A program made the position numbers and the translations under genes. Source: Flavobacteriales bacterium (GTDB lineage Bacteria > Bacteroidota > Bacteroidia > Flavobacteriales > Flavobacteriaceae). From it: a stretch of DNA of 56,516 bases. Shown here piece after piece: positions 7,768 through 16,895 of this stretch (position 1 is the stretch's first letter; each line of letters starts with the position of its first letter). Below the pieces are notes generated by a model. The model was not told the DNA's origin. It saw only the letters and a list, made by a program, of their open reading frames with translations, and did no database searches. Where the stretch lies: positions 1-56,516 of the forward strand of contig WTJH01000039.1 of the NCBI GenBank assembly GCA_011524915.1, written 5' to 3'.

Positions 7768-8832
7768 TTAACGCCCTGTTAAAGGTTTGGTTCTCCACCA
7801 GGAAGCCAATACCGATCCGGAAATATTCATCCAAGGCCCAAAAACAACAGCTGCTAATCCGAGGGTAGAAATTTTACCCATTTCCATAGCTATACCTGAT
7901 GCTAAACCACCGTTTTGCATCCCTACTTCTAAAGCAATTGTTCTACAGTCTTTTTCTTGCATCCCAACCAAACGCCCCGACCAATAGCCTAAGAAATATC
8001 CCAAAGCGTTGTGTAAAATAGCAGCGACAACCAGTATGAGTCCCATAGACCGTAAATTATCACTCCCAGCAGCCGTAATAATCATAATAATAAAAGTGAT
8101 AGCTGCCATAGACACTTTAGGTAAAACACGATCTAAAAATTCGGATTGAGCTTTAAAAATATGATGAACAATTAAACCTAATAGGACCGGCAGTATAACC
8201 ATTTTTAAAATGCTGATCATCATCCCAAAAGTGTCAATTGGAATCAAAGAACCTGCCAAAAATTTCATCAGGAGTGGAGTCATTAGCGGAGCTGTAAGGG
8301 TGGCAACAGTGGTTAGGGTAACCGAAAGAGCCACGTTGGCTTTAGCTAAATAAGACATAACGTTGGAGGCCAAACCACTGGGTGAAGATCCAATTAAAAT
8401 AATTCCAGCAGCAATTTCTGGCGGAAACCCAAAAAGGGTAGCGATCCCAAAGCCCAAAATTGGCATGATAGTGAATTGACAAATGACCCCAACTAAAACC
8501 CCTTTAGGCATACGTAGTACCCCATAAAAATCTTGTAAACTCAAAGTAGTCCCCATGCCAAACATAATGATCTGTAAAAGCGGAACGATCAGTAGTTTCA
8601 TCTCAAAAGATCCTAATTGCACGAAATAAATCGGATAATTTAAAGCTGTCGTAACCGCAGCCAAAACCATAAATGAAAATGAATACCCTTTGAAATTAGA
8701 ACTTCTATTCATCCAGAGGGCTATTCCTATAAAGGCTAAAATACTTATAGGGCCTAATAATTCTGAAGAATCGAAAGGTTCTGTACCCGATTCAAAAATT
8801 AGACTGGAGGAAGTAATAAATTCAAAAATCAT
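7768..8832 (-). CDS. Bile acid:Na+ symporter (BASS/SBF) family transporter
   Basis: Polytopic. GMGTTLSLQDF, MPILGFG and IGSSPSGLASNVMSYLAKANVALSVTLT are typical BASS blocks. Confidence 0.7.
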   Translation of the reverse strand: MIFEFITSSSLIFESGTEPFDSSELLGPISILAFIGIALWMNRSSNFKGYSFSFMVLAAVTTALNYPIYFVQLGSFEMKLLIVPLLQIIMFGMGTTLSLQDFYGVLRMPKGVLVGVICQFTIMPILGFGIATLFGFPPEIAAGIILIGSSPSGLASNVMSYLAKANVALSVTLTTVATLTAPLMTPLLMKFLAGSLIPIDTFGMMISILKMVILPVLLGLIVHHIFKAQSEFLDRVLPKVSMAAITFIIMIITAAGSDNLRSMGLILVVAAILHNALGYFLGYWSGRLVGMQEKDCRTIALEVGMQNGGLASGIAMEMGKISTLGLAAVVFGPWMNISGSVLASWWRTKPLTGR

Positions 8833-8900
8833 AACTAAAGTGTTTTAATCAAAAGGTTTAAAAATTGATATTCGATCGTATAAGGCAACATTCATGTGCT

Positions 8901-10238
8901 TTAAGAAACCCATAAACTTATAAGCCCAACCATCAAAAAACCAGTGAGGGAGAGTATAAGGGTCATAAGCGACCACGATCGGAGGGTGTCTTTTTCGTTT
9001 AATCCTAAATATTTACTGACCAGCCAAAAACCGCTGTCGTTGACATGAGAAAAAATTGAAGACCCTGCGGCTATCGCAATCACAATCAGAGCCTTTTTAG
9101 GTTCCGATATCCCATCGTTCAAAAGGGGGGCTGTAAGACCTGCCGCAGTAATCATGGCCACTGTAGCTGAACCTTGTATCAGACGTAATAAAACCGCCAC
9201 AATAAAAGCAAACAGGAGAATAGAAATACCATTGGAATGTACAAGATTAGTAATCATCGTTCCTGTTTGGGTATCGATCAACAACTGCTTAAAGGCACCG
9301 CCAGCAGCGGTTAACAAAATGATAAGACCCACGGGTTGTAGCGATTGATTTGAAATCTCCAACAACTTGGAACTATCTAATTGATAGTGTGAGCGAAAGA
9401 GTATCCACGCCACAAAATTTGCCGATAAAAGCGCTCCAAACGGATGCCCCATCAATTGAATGGTCAATTGTAAATTTTCGGGAAGATGATGTTCAAATCC
9501 CGTGCTATTCAAGCATGTGGCCAAAACAATCCATCCCAATGGCCAACCAATAATCAACAACACATGACCTAATTTTGGGGGATTAACCGAGGGCTTATCC
9601 TCAAATAGTTTTGGAGCTGTTACGAAAATCTTAGAGCCGATAAAATTGGGAAAAACAATACCACTGACAAAAGCTGTAGGAATACCTACCAAAAAGCCGA
9701 AAATTATAACCCATCCTACAGAAGCATTTAAGATTTGAGCTACGGCCACGGGCCCCGGTGTGGGAGGAATAAAGGCGTGTGTAATGGCTAATCCTGCCAA
9801 AAGAGGGAGTGCGTATACAAGAATGGATTTCCCACTTTTCCGTTGAAGCGAATACACCACAGGAATTAAAATGATAAAAGCCACATCAAAAAACACGGGG
9901 ATGGCAATTAAAAATCCTGAGATCAATAAAGCCCAAGAGGCCTTTTGCTCTCCAAAAAATACCAAACACTTTTGAGCCAAAACTTCAGCACCCCCTGTGG
10001 CTTCTAAAAAACCTCCTAATAGGGCTCCCAATCCAATAACTACAGCAACAAAACCCAAAGTATTTCCAACTCCCGTTTGTATGGATGTAAAGATCTGCTC
10101 GAGGGGATGACCTACTAAAAGTCCCACGACAAAACACGACACCAGGAGTGCTAAAAAGGCAGGAATCTTAAAACGGATGACTAAGAGCAATAAAAGCAAG
10201 ATTGCTGCTATAACCGAAATGAGAGAGATGATTTCCAT
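8901..10238 (-). CDS. GntP-family gluconate:H+ symporter
   Basis: 445 aa, 12-14 TM, N-terminus MEIISLISVIAAILLLLLLVIRFKIPAF and overall GntP-like layout. Sits beside gnd and gntK. Confidence 0.75.
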   Translation of the reverse strand: MEIISLISVIAAILLLLLLVIRFKIPAFLALLVSCFVVGLLVGHPLEQIFTSIQTGVGNTLGFVAVVIGLGALLGGFLEATGGAEVLAQKCLVFFGEQKASWALLISGFLIAIPVFFDVAFIILIPVVYSLQRKSGKSILVYALPLLAGLAITHAFIPPTPGPVAVAQILNASVGWVIIFGFLVGIPTAFVSGIVFPNFIGSKIFVTAPKLFEDKPSVNPPKLGHVLLIIGWPLGWIVLATCLNSTGFEHHLPENLQLTIQLMGHPFGALLSANFVAWILFRSHYQLDSSKLLEISNQSLQPVGLIILLTAAGGAFKQLLIDTQTGTMITNLVHSNGISILLFAFIVAVLLRLIQGSATVAMITAAGLTAPLLNDGISEPKKALIVIAIAAGSSIFSHVNDSGFWLVSKYLGLNEKDTLRSWSLMTLILSLTGFLMVGLISLWVS

Positions 10239-10297
10239 GGGATTTAAATAAATGTAAGAAATAGATGAATACTTCTTCGGTTTCTAACTTCACCGAG

Positions 10298-11689
10298 CTA
10301 CCAGTCCGTGTGATATTTTTTCCCAGAAGGATCGTCTTTTTTAAGATAGGTATGGGCACCAAAGTAATCCCGTTGGGCCTGAATAAAATTAGCGGAAGAA
10401 TCTGCAGTAGTAATGCCATGAAAAAACTGAACTGCCTCGGCTAGACACGGGATATGATATGCAGCCCGAATACTTGTAGCCACAACTGATTGTGTGGCAG
10501 CATGCCGCTCCCGAATCGTCTTTTGAATTTGAGGGTGGGAAAGTAAATCTTCCTCTTCCTTTAGGATCTCAATTAAACCTATCATAAACTGGGATTTAAT
10601 GATACACCCTTGGGTCCAAATTCGGGCAATGGCACTCAAATTTAAGTTCCATTGATATTGATTAGAAGCTTGTGCAAGGATTGAAAATCCTTGATGATGA
10701 TTGATCACTCGAGCAAATTCGTAAGCATCTTTCAATTCATTAATAGCCATCTGATCCGAAAAATCTGTTCTGGGAAAGTCCTTAGAAAGTTGTGTTCTAT
10801 ACGACTTAAAAAAAGAAAGATAACGGGTCAAGAGCGCAGCTGGAATTAGAGTAGCTGGCGTCCCTGAGTTTGCGATAGCAATACTCGACCATTTTCCAGT
10901 TCCCTTGTTTCCTGCCTGATCTAAAATAGTGTCTAAGACAAAGATATCTCCCTCTTGTTTCCGCAGGATATCAACGCTAATTTCCAGTAAATAGCTATCT
11001 AAGTCCTTTCGCCAAGATTCAAAGACATCGGCAATTGCCGGATTCGATAAACCCTGCTGTTTTAAAATAAAATAACATTCTGCCAAGAGTTGCATTTCGA
11101 CATATTCGATCCCGTTATGAATCATTTTTACAAAATGTCCACTCCCTTGACTTCCTATATATGTGCAACAAGGCTCACCATGGCTGTCTTTGGCGGCAAT
11201 AGCTTTTAGATATTTTTCTATTTGACTATAGGCCACCGCATTTCCGGAAGGCATAATCGAAGGTCCATGAAGCGCTCCATATTCCCCCCCCGAAATTCCA
11301 GCTCCAATAAAATGGATTCCCCTTTTCTCTAGGAGTTCTATTCTTTTTTGAGTGTCTTCGAAGTGAGAATTTCCACCATCTACTACGATATCCTCAGCTG
11401 ACAATAAAGGTGTTATTTGAGATAGCAGATCGTCTATAGCCGCCCCAGCAGCTATCATCACGATGATTTTTTTGGGCGCAGCTAAAGAGGCCACAAACGA
11501 TTGTAAATCGTCAAAGGCTTGCGAATTTTCCAATTCTGGAAAGTCCTGCTTAAAATCCCGAGCAATATGTTCTTCTTGTCCTTCCAAATGTCGGTTGAAA
11601 AGCGCTAGAGAAAAACCTTTCTGAGCCAAGTTTCGACTCAGGCTTTTCCCCATTACTCCAAGACCTATTACACCAATTTCTGCTTTCAT
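10298..11689 (-). CDS. gnd: 6-phosphogluconate dehydrogenase (decarboxylating)
   Basis: IGVIGLGVMGKSLSRNL Rossmann motif, IHFIGAGISGGE, GSGHFVKMIHNGIEY, DYFGAHTY. 463 aa. Confidence 0.9.
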   Translation of the reverse strand: MKAEIGVIGLGVMGKSLSRNLAQKGFSLALFNRHLEGQEEHIARDFKQDFPELENSQAFDDLQSFVASLAAPKKIIVMIAAGAAIDDLLSQITPLLSAEDIVVDGGNSHFEDTQKRIELLEKRGIHFIGAGISGGEYGALHGPSIMPSGNAVAYSQIEKYLKAIAAKDSHGEPCCTYIGSQGSGHFVKMIHNGIEYVEMQLLAECYFILKQQGLSNPAIADVFESWRKDLDSYLLEISVDILRKQEGDIFVLDTILDQAGNKGTGKWSSIAIANSGTPATLIPAALLTRYLSFFKSYRTQLSKDFPRTDFSDQMAINELKDAYEFARVINHHQGFSILAQASNQYQWNLNLSAIARIWTQGCIIKSQFMIGLIEILKEEEDLLSHPQIQKTIRERHAATQSVVATSIRAAYHIPCLAEAVQFFHGITTADSSANFIQAQRDYFGAHTYLKKDDPSGKKYHTDW

Positions 11690-12177
11690 CTGAGTTTATT
11701 TTGAATTTCCAATAGCATGACCTCCGGACTTTGGTCAATAGACACTTCTATAGCGTTCAAAGGAGGCTCTAGGGCATCGAACTGAGACCGTAACATGCTT
11801 GGGTCCATAAAATGATTTTTACGCTGGCTCATCCGCTTAAAAATAAGATCGTATGAGCCTTTTAGATAAATCCACTCGGAATGATCTTGTATGAGCATGC
11901 TTAGAAGATCTCTATACTTTTGCTTCAATGCCGAACAAGCGATCACACATCCAGTCTCTAGATGGGTTTGAGCGACGCCATTCAAACGTTCGAGCCATGG
12001 CAAACGATCTTGGTCGTTTAAAGGAATTCCGGAACTCATTTTGTCGACATTCGCTTGCGGATGATAATCGTCTGCATCCAAAAATGGGTGCCCCAATTGT
12101 TTTGCCAACAACTGGCCAATGAGTGATTTGCCTGAACCGCTCACACCCATGATAAAAATTATACGGGGAGATTTCAC
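11686..12177 (-). CDS. gntK: Gluconokinase
   Basis: P-loop GVSGSGKS, FLDADDYHP, LNDQDRLPWL. GTG start 2 nt after the upstream stop. ATGA overlap with gnd. Confidence 0.85.
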   Translation of the reverse strand: MKSPRIIFIMGVSGSGKSLIGQLLAKQLGHPFLDADDYHPQANVDKMSSGIPLNDQDRLPWLERLNGVAQTHLETGCVIACSALKQKYRDLLSMLIQDHSEWIYLKGSYDLIFKRMSQRKNHFMDPSMLRSQFDALEPPLNAIEVSIDQSPEVMLLEIQNKLR

Positions 12178-12179
12178 GC

Positions 12180-13424
12180 TTAGGCAGTTGAACTAAAAAT
12201 ATCTTTTAACCCGTTGATCATGATGATTACCGAAAAGAGAAAGGCTCCCGCCATAATTAGGTTGGTTAACCATCTTTGGGTGGGAAGTTTTTCATCTTTT
12301 CGATTCCATAGATATAGGAAACACAAAATTACCAAGGGTAAAGCAAAGACGTTAAATACTTGTGTGATGATTTGCCCTTTGATCGGGTTAAAACCAAATA
12401 GGGGAATCGATAAAGCCAATACACTAGCAATTCCTGTAATCCATTTGAATCTTTTGGATTGTACGTCGAGTTGACCAGCATTATAATCTCCCAACATTAA
12501 TGGGACAATCATTAGGCAGGGAAATATAGAGGAAAGACCCGCGCTAAGCGTCCCAATAAAAAAAATACTAACTGCAAATTTACCTACGGATGGCTTTAGC
12601 GTACTGGACATATCCAATACATGGGTAATCTCTGTTCCAGTACCATACAAGCTCCCACTAGCAACTGCCATAATAGACCCACTGATGGTAAAAATAAGGA
12701 TAGATGCCACCCAAGCATCGTTCTTCTGCGTTTTAAAATCTTTGAGGGTCCATCCTTTCCCCTGAATAAATAAAGGCCTCGATAAAAACGTGGCCGCTGC
12801 CATAGTTGTGCCTACAAAAGCGGCTATCAAGGTTCCGGCCCCCTCAACTTCAGGAATGGTGGGTACCAAGCCCGCAAGAATATCTGCCGGTAAAGGAAAT
12901 ACAAAGAAAAGAGTGAATAAAAAAGAAAGCCCCATGGCCGATACAAAAACAGCTAGTATCTTTTCGAAGATGGAATAGTTGCCCCGAATCAAGAGCGTGT
13001 AAAAAGTTCCAATCACAAGGACTGCAATAAGAAGGACTACACTGTATTTTTGGGAGGTTAAGGCTGGAAAATTGATACTTAGAACTTCGAAAATGACATT
13101 GGAGGTAATCCCTAAAATTCCAATCAACGAATTCCATTGACCAATTCCTACGGTAAGAATAATCGCCAAGGCAATTGCTTTACCCCCCGGGAAATGCTTT
13201 TTAACTGCATATAAGGCTGTTTCACCTGTCAGTAAATAATAGCTCCCAGAAACATAAATTAAGACCCCAGAAAACAAACAACTAAAAAATAATACCCAAA
13301 GCAGGCTCATCCCAAAATTATTCCCCGCGACGATCATAGAAGTAACACTTCCAGTGCCAATGGTATAGCCTATCGCAAAAATTCCAGGTCCGAAAGACAA
13401 TAAAAATTTAAGAACGTTTTTCAT
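12180..13424 (-). CDS. Nramp-fold (APC superfamily) permease lacking the canonical metal-site residues
   Basis: FGPGIFAIGYTIGTGSVTS aligns to the Nramp TM1 block GPAF..GY.DPGN, but DPGN is replaced by IGTG. The TM6 block reads GTTMAAATF instead of GATVMPH. 414 aa, about 11 TM. Confidence 0.55.
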   Translation of the reverse strand: MKNVLKFLLSFGPGIFAIGYTIGTGSVTSMIVAGNNFGMSLLWVLFFSCLFSGVLIYVSGSYYLLTGETALYAVKKHFPGGKAIALAIILTVGIGQWNSLIGILGITSNVIFEVLSINFPALTSQKYSVVLLIAVLVIGTFYTLLIRGNYSIFEKILAVFVSAMGLSFLFTLFFVFPLPADILAGLVPTIPEVEGAGTLIAAFVGTTMAAATFLSRPLFIQGKGWTLKDFKTQKNDAWVASILIFTISGSIMAVASGSLYGTGTEITHVLDMSSTLKPSVGKFAVSIFFIGTLSAGLSSIFPCLMIVPLMLGDYNAGQLDVQSKRFKWITGIASVLALSIPLFGFNPIKGQIITQVFNVFALPLVILCFLYLWNRKDEKLPTQRWLTNLIMAGAFLFSVIIMINGLKDIFSSTA

Positions 13425-13479
13425 GATTTTAAATTAAGGAAAAGTTCTAGTATGGTTCAATCTTAGCTGAATTTAAATC

Positions 13480-13512
13480 AAAAAAAATGTGGCTTGACGC
13501 CACATTTTTAAA
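13480..13512 (-). terminator. Rho-independent terminator after eda (end of the alginate catabolic operon)
   Basis: AAAAATGTGGC-(5 nt)-GCCACATTTTT stem flanked by an A run and a T run. On the minus strand it is followed by about 8 T. Confidence 0.7.
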
Positions 13513-13538
13513 AAACTAAAGAATTATAAACTAATAAA

Positions 13539-14204
13539 CTAACGAACTTTATTAATAACTTCAATAGCAGCACGAACATCTGCTTCAAGCTGCTTGTAAT
13601 TTTGAGTTTCTAGTATTTGCTTAGAAATCAATTTAGAACCCATCCCTACACAGGTAACCCCTGCATCAAACCAACCTTTAAGATTCGATTCTTCAGTAGA
13701 TACACCTCCTGTAGGCATGATACTCGTCCACGGCTGCGGACCTTTAATAGCTTTGACAAATCCAGGACCATAGGTGCTTCCAGGAAAAAGTTTAACCACT
13801 TCACAACCCATTTCTTCCGCTTGTGCAATTTCGGTCAAAGACCCGCATCCGGGCGACCATAATACCTTGCGACGGTTACACACCACGGCTATATCTTCTC
13901 GAAAAACAGGAGTAACTACAAAATTAGCCCCGGCCAACATATATTGTGAAGCTGCGGCTGCATCCGTAACCGAACCAACTCCTAAGATCATCCCAGGAAG
14001 TTCATCGATGGCATATTTAATAAGCTCTGTAAAAACTTCTAAAGCGAAATCGCCACGATTGGTAAATTCCATCAATCGGGCACCTCCGTCATAACAAGCC
14101 TTAAGAACAGACTTGGCTACTTGGATATCCGAATGGAAAAATAATGGAACCATCCCCGATGTTTCCATTTGCTGAACCACTTGTAAACGTGTATACTGTG
14201 CCAT
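13539..14204 (-). CDS. eda: KDPG / 4-hydroxy-2-oxoglutarate aldolase
   Basis: 221 aa, class I aldolase layout (EFTNR, GVGSV, VKLFPG, MPTGGV). Lies immediately downstream of kdgK. Confidence 0.8.
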   Translation of the reverse strand: MAQYTRLQVVQQMETSGMVPLFFHSDIQVAKSVLKACYDGGARLMEFTNRGDFALEVFTELIKYAIDELPGMILGVGSVTDAAAASQYMLAGANFVVTPVFREDIAVVCNRRKVLWSPGCGSLTEIAQAEEMGCEVVKLFPGSTYGPGFVKAIKGPQPWTSIMPTGGVSTEESNLKGWFDAGVTCVGMGSKLISKQILETQNYKQLEADVRAAIEVINKVR

Positions 14205-14211
14205 AATCTAT

Positions 14212-15252
14212 TTATCGAGCGACACGCCCAGAAGCGTCTCCACTCATTAATTTTTCAATTTCAGGAATCGTTACCAAATTCGCATCTCCTTTAACCGTAT
14301 GCTTTAAGCAAGAAGCCGCTACGGCATAGTCTAAGGCTTTTTGGTCGTCTTCTGGATAGTGAATCAATCCGTAGATCAATGCGCCCATAAAGGAGTCTCC
14401 TCCTCCAACGCGGTCCACGATATGAGTAATCTGATATTCAGCACTCTTATACATTTCGTTTCCATCGTAAAGTACGCCCGCCCATGTATTGTGGGAAGCA
14501 GAGATAGAACCGCGCAAAGTGGTAATTACCTTTTTAGCACGAGGAAACTTTTGCATCATTTGCTTACAAACCGATAAGAAGGCCTCAGCTTTGACATGTT
14601 CCCCTTGTGTGGTGATGTCTAATCCTTCGGGTTTGATACCGAAGTGCTTTTCTGCATCTTCTTCGTTACCCAAAACGATATCGCAATAAGAAGTCAATTC
14701 GGTCATGATTTGCTCTCGGTCGCCATCGTATTTCCAAAGCTTAGCACGGTAGTTTAAGTCTGTAGAAATAGTAATTCCTAGAGAGCTAGCTACTTTGACT
14801 GCTTCTAAACAGGCATCAGCAGCGCTTTGAGAAATCGCTGGGGTAATTCCCGTCCAGTGGAACCATTGAGCGTCTTTAAACACCTCATGCCAGTCCACCA
14901 TTCCAGGTTGGATTTCGGACATAGCCGAATGGGCACGGTCATAGACCACCTTACTCCCACGGCTAACTGCTCCGGTTTCTAAAAAATAAATTCCCAAACG
15001 GTCGCCTCCAAAAACGATATGGTCGGTTCCTACACCGCGCTTACGCATCTCCATAAGAGCACATTCACCGATATCATTGTCGGGAAGGCGGGTAACAAAA
15101 TCAACTGGGACGTTGTAATTGGCTAAGGATACTGCTACGTTGGATTCTCCTCCTCCATAGACAACATCGAATGAATTGGCTTGTGAAAACCTCAAAAACC
15201 CTTGAGGAGCTAGTCGAAGCATTATTTCACCAAAAGTGACTACTTTTTTCAT
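14212..15252 (-). CDS. kdgK: 2-dehydro-3-deoxygluconokinase (PfkB family)
   Basis: N-terminal VVTFGEIMLRL, GGGESNVA and C-terminal DRVGGGDSF PfkB signatures. 346 aa. Confidence 0.85.
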   Translation of the reverse strand: MKKVVTFGEIMLRLAPQGFLRFSQANSFDVVYGGGESNVAVSLANYNVPVDFVTRLPDNDIGECALMEMRKRGVGTDHIVFGGDRLGIYFLETGAVSRGSKVVYDRAHSAMSEIQPGMVDWHEVFKDAQWFHWTGITPAISQSAADACLEAVKVASSLGITISTDLNYRAKLWKYDGDREQIMTELTSYCDIVLGNEEDAEKHFGIKPEGLDITTQGEHVKAEAFLSVCKQMMQKFPRAKKVITTLRGSISASHNTWAGVLYDGNEMYKSAEYQITHIVDRVGGGDSFMGALIYGLIHYPEDDQKALDYAVAASCLKHTVKGDANLVTIPEIEKLMSGDASGRVAR

Positions 15253-15287
15253 GGTTTAAATTTTAATTAGGCTTATGATTGCTGACA

Positions 15288-16043
15288 CTAACTGAAGGCT
15301 AATCCCCCATTAATATCAATATTATTTCCATTAATAAACGAAGCTTCGTCGGTAGCTAAGTAAGTAACCAAATCGGCTACTTCTTCTGCTTGCCCTTCTC
15401 TGCGAAGTGGAGTTGATGAAGCTACTTTAGTTCGAATCTCATCCGTGGTAAAATCGTCGTGAAATTTAGTCCCAATTAAACCAGGACAAACTGCATTGAC
15501 TCGAATACCCTTCGGACCTAATTCCTTAGACATCGCTCGTGTAAAGGTCGTAACTGCTCCTTTAGAAGAACTGTATAGAGCTGATCCACCCCCGCCACCG
15601 TCTCGAGCAGCTTGGGAAGAGATATTAATTATGGAAGAACCTTTACCCATCAAACTTTCGAATGCCTGAGAGACAAAAACAGTCGATTTGAAATTAACGC
15701 CCATAACTAATTCATAGAACGCCAAATCAAACTCTTGTAATGTTTTCCGAGCAAAAAGTCCACCAGCATTGTTGACCAAAATATCGATGGAATCTCCAAA
15801 AGCTTCAATTGTTTTGGCTTTCAATTCAGAAATTCCTTCAAGTGTAGATACATCGGCCTGAACTGTTATGGCTTCTCCTCCGATGGCTTCAATAGCCTGA
15901 AGCGTCTCATTGGCGGCTGAAACAGAATTAAGGTAATTGACTACTACACGAGCTCCCTCTTGGGCAAGGCTAATGGATATCGCTCTTCCTATATCGCGAG
16001 ATCCTCCAGTAACAACGGCAACTTTACCGGCTAACTTCTTCAT
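15288..16043 (-). CDS. SDR oxidoreductase (FabG-like)
   Basis: VAVVTGGSRDIGRA, LVNNAG, YSSSKGAV (YxxxK), NAVCPG. Confidence 0.8.
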   Translation of the reverse strand: MKKLAGKVAVVTGGSRDIGRAISISLAQEGARVVVNYLNSVSAANETLQAIEAIGGEAITVQADVSTLEGISELKAKTIEAFGDSIDILVNNAGGLFARKTLQEFDLAFYELVMGVNFKSTVFVSQAFESLMGKGSSIINISSQAARDGGGGGSALYSSSKGAVTTFTRAMSKELGPKGIRVNAVCPGLIGTKFHDDFTTDEIRTKVASSTPLRREGQAEEVADLVTYLATDEASFINGNNIDINGGLAFS

Positions 16044-16073
16044 TTAATTGGGCTGTATTTATCGTCCTTAAAA

Positions 16074-16838
16074 TTAGATTCCTAGTGCTTGTCCACCTCC
16101 AATTTGGATGGTCTCCGCTGTAATGAAAGCAGCATCTGGGCTAGACAAAAATGAAACTACAGAAGCTACTTCTTCTGGCTGTCCTAGACGACCCAACATA
16201 ATATTGTTTTTCCAAGAAGCAAATACTTCGGGCTTGGTTGCTTTAATTTGTGCGTGGAAGGGAGTATCGATAGTTCCAGGAGAAACAGCATTGACACGGA
16301 TACCGTATTCTGCTAAATCTTTCGCTAATGCTCTAGTGATCGCATGAACTCCTGCTTTAGAAGTTCCATAGATTCCCGCTCCAGGTCCACCAGCATTCCA
16401 TCCTGCATTTGAGGTATAATTGATAATCGTAGGGTGATCTCCTTTTTTCAAAAAAGGAATCGCTGCTCTTGAAACAAAGAAGGTAGAATCCAAGTTTAGA
16501 GCCATAACCTTACGATAAAATTCGGTAGTCATTTCTTCAAAACGGGAACGACCTCCAAGGCCTCCAGCATTATTGACAACCACGTCGATTTTACCGTGTT
16601 TAGAACCAATAGCTTCAACACTAGCGTTAACAGCAGCCTCATCTGTTACATCAAATCCGGCGTATTCGGCAGAAATACCAGCGGCTTCAAGTTCCTGAAC
16701 TTTTTCCGCGCCAACAGCATCTTCAATTCCGTTTAATACAACATGAAAACCATCTGTTCCTAAACGTTTAGCTACTTCAAAACCAATTCCACTGGTGGCT
16801 CCAGTAACTAAGGCTACTTTATTATTTGAATTACTCAT
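16074..16838 (-). CDS. SDR oxidoreductase; candidate DEH (4-deoxy-L-erythro-5-hexoseulose uronate) reductase
   Basis: ALVTGATSGIG, VVNNAG, YGTSKAGV (YxxxK), NAVSPG. Its position between the MFS permease and kdgK mirrors known flavobacterial alginate operons. Confidence 0.75.
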   Translation of the reverse strand: MSNSNNKVALVTGATSGIGFEVAKRLGTDGFHVVLNGIEDAVGAEKVQELEAAGISAEYAGFDVTDEAAVNASVEAIGSKHGKIDVVVNNAGGLGGRSRFEEMTTEFYRKVMALNLDSTFFVSRAAIPFLKKGDHPTIINYTSNAGWNAGGPGAGIYGTSKAGVHAITRALAKDLAEYGIRVNAVSPGTIDTPFHAQIKATKPEVFASWKNNIMLGRLGQPEEVASVVSFLSSPDAAFITAETIQIGGGQALGI

Positions 16839-16895
16839 TATCTTATAGTTTTTATTATTAATGTTATGTATTTGTCCCTGTGGCCATAAATGGTT

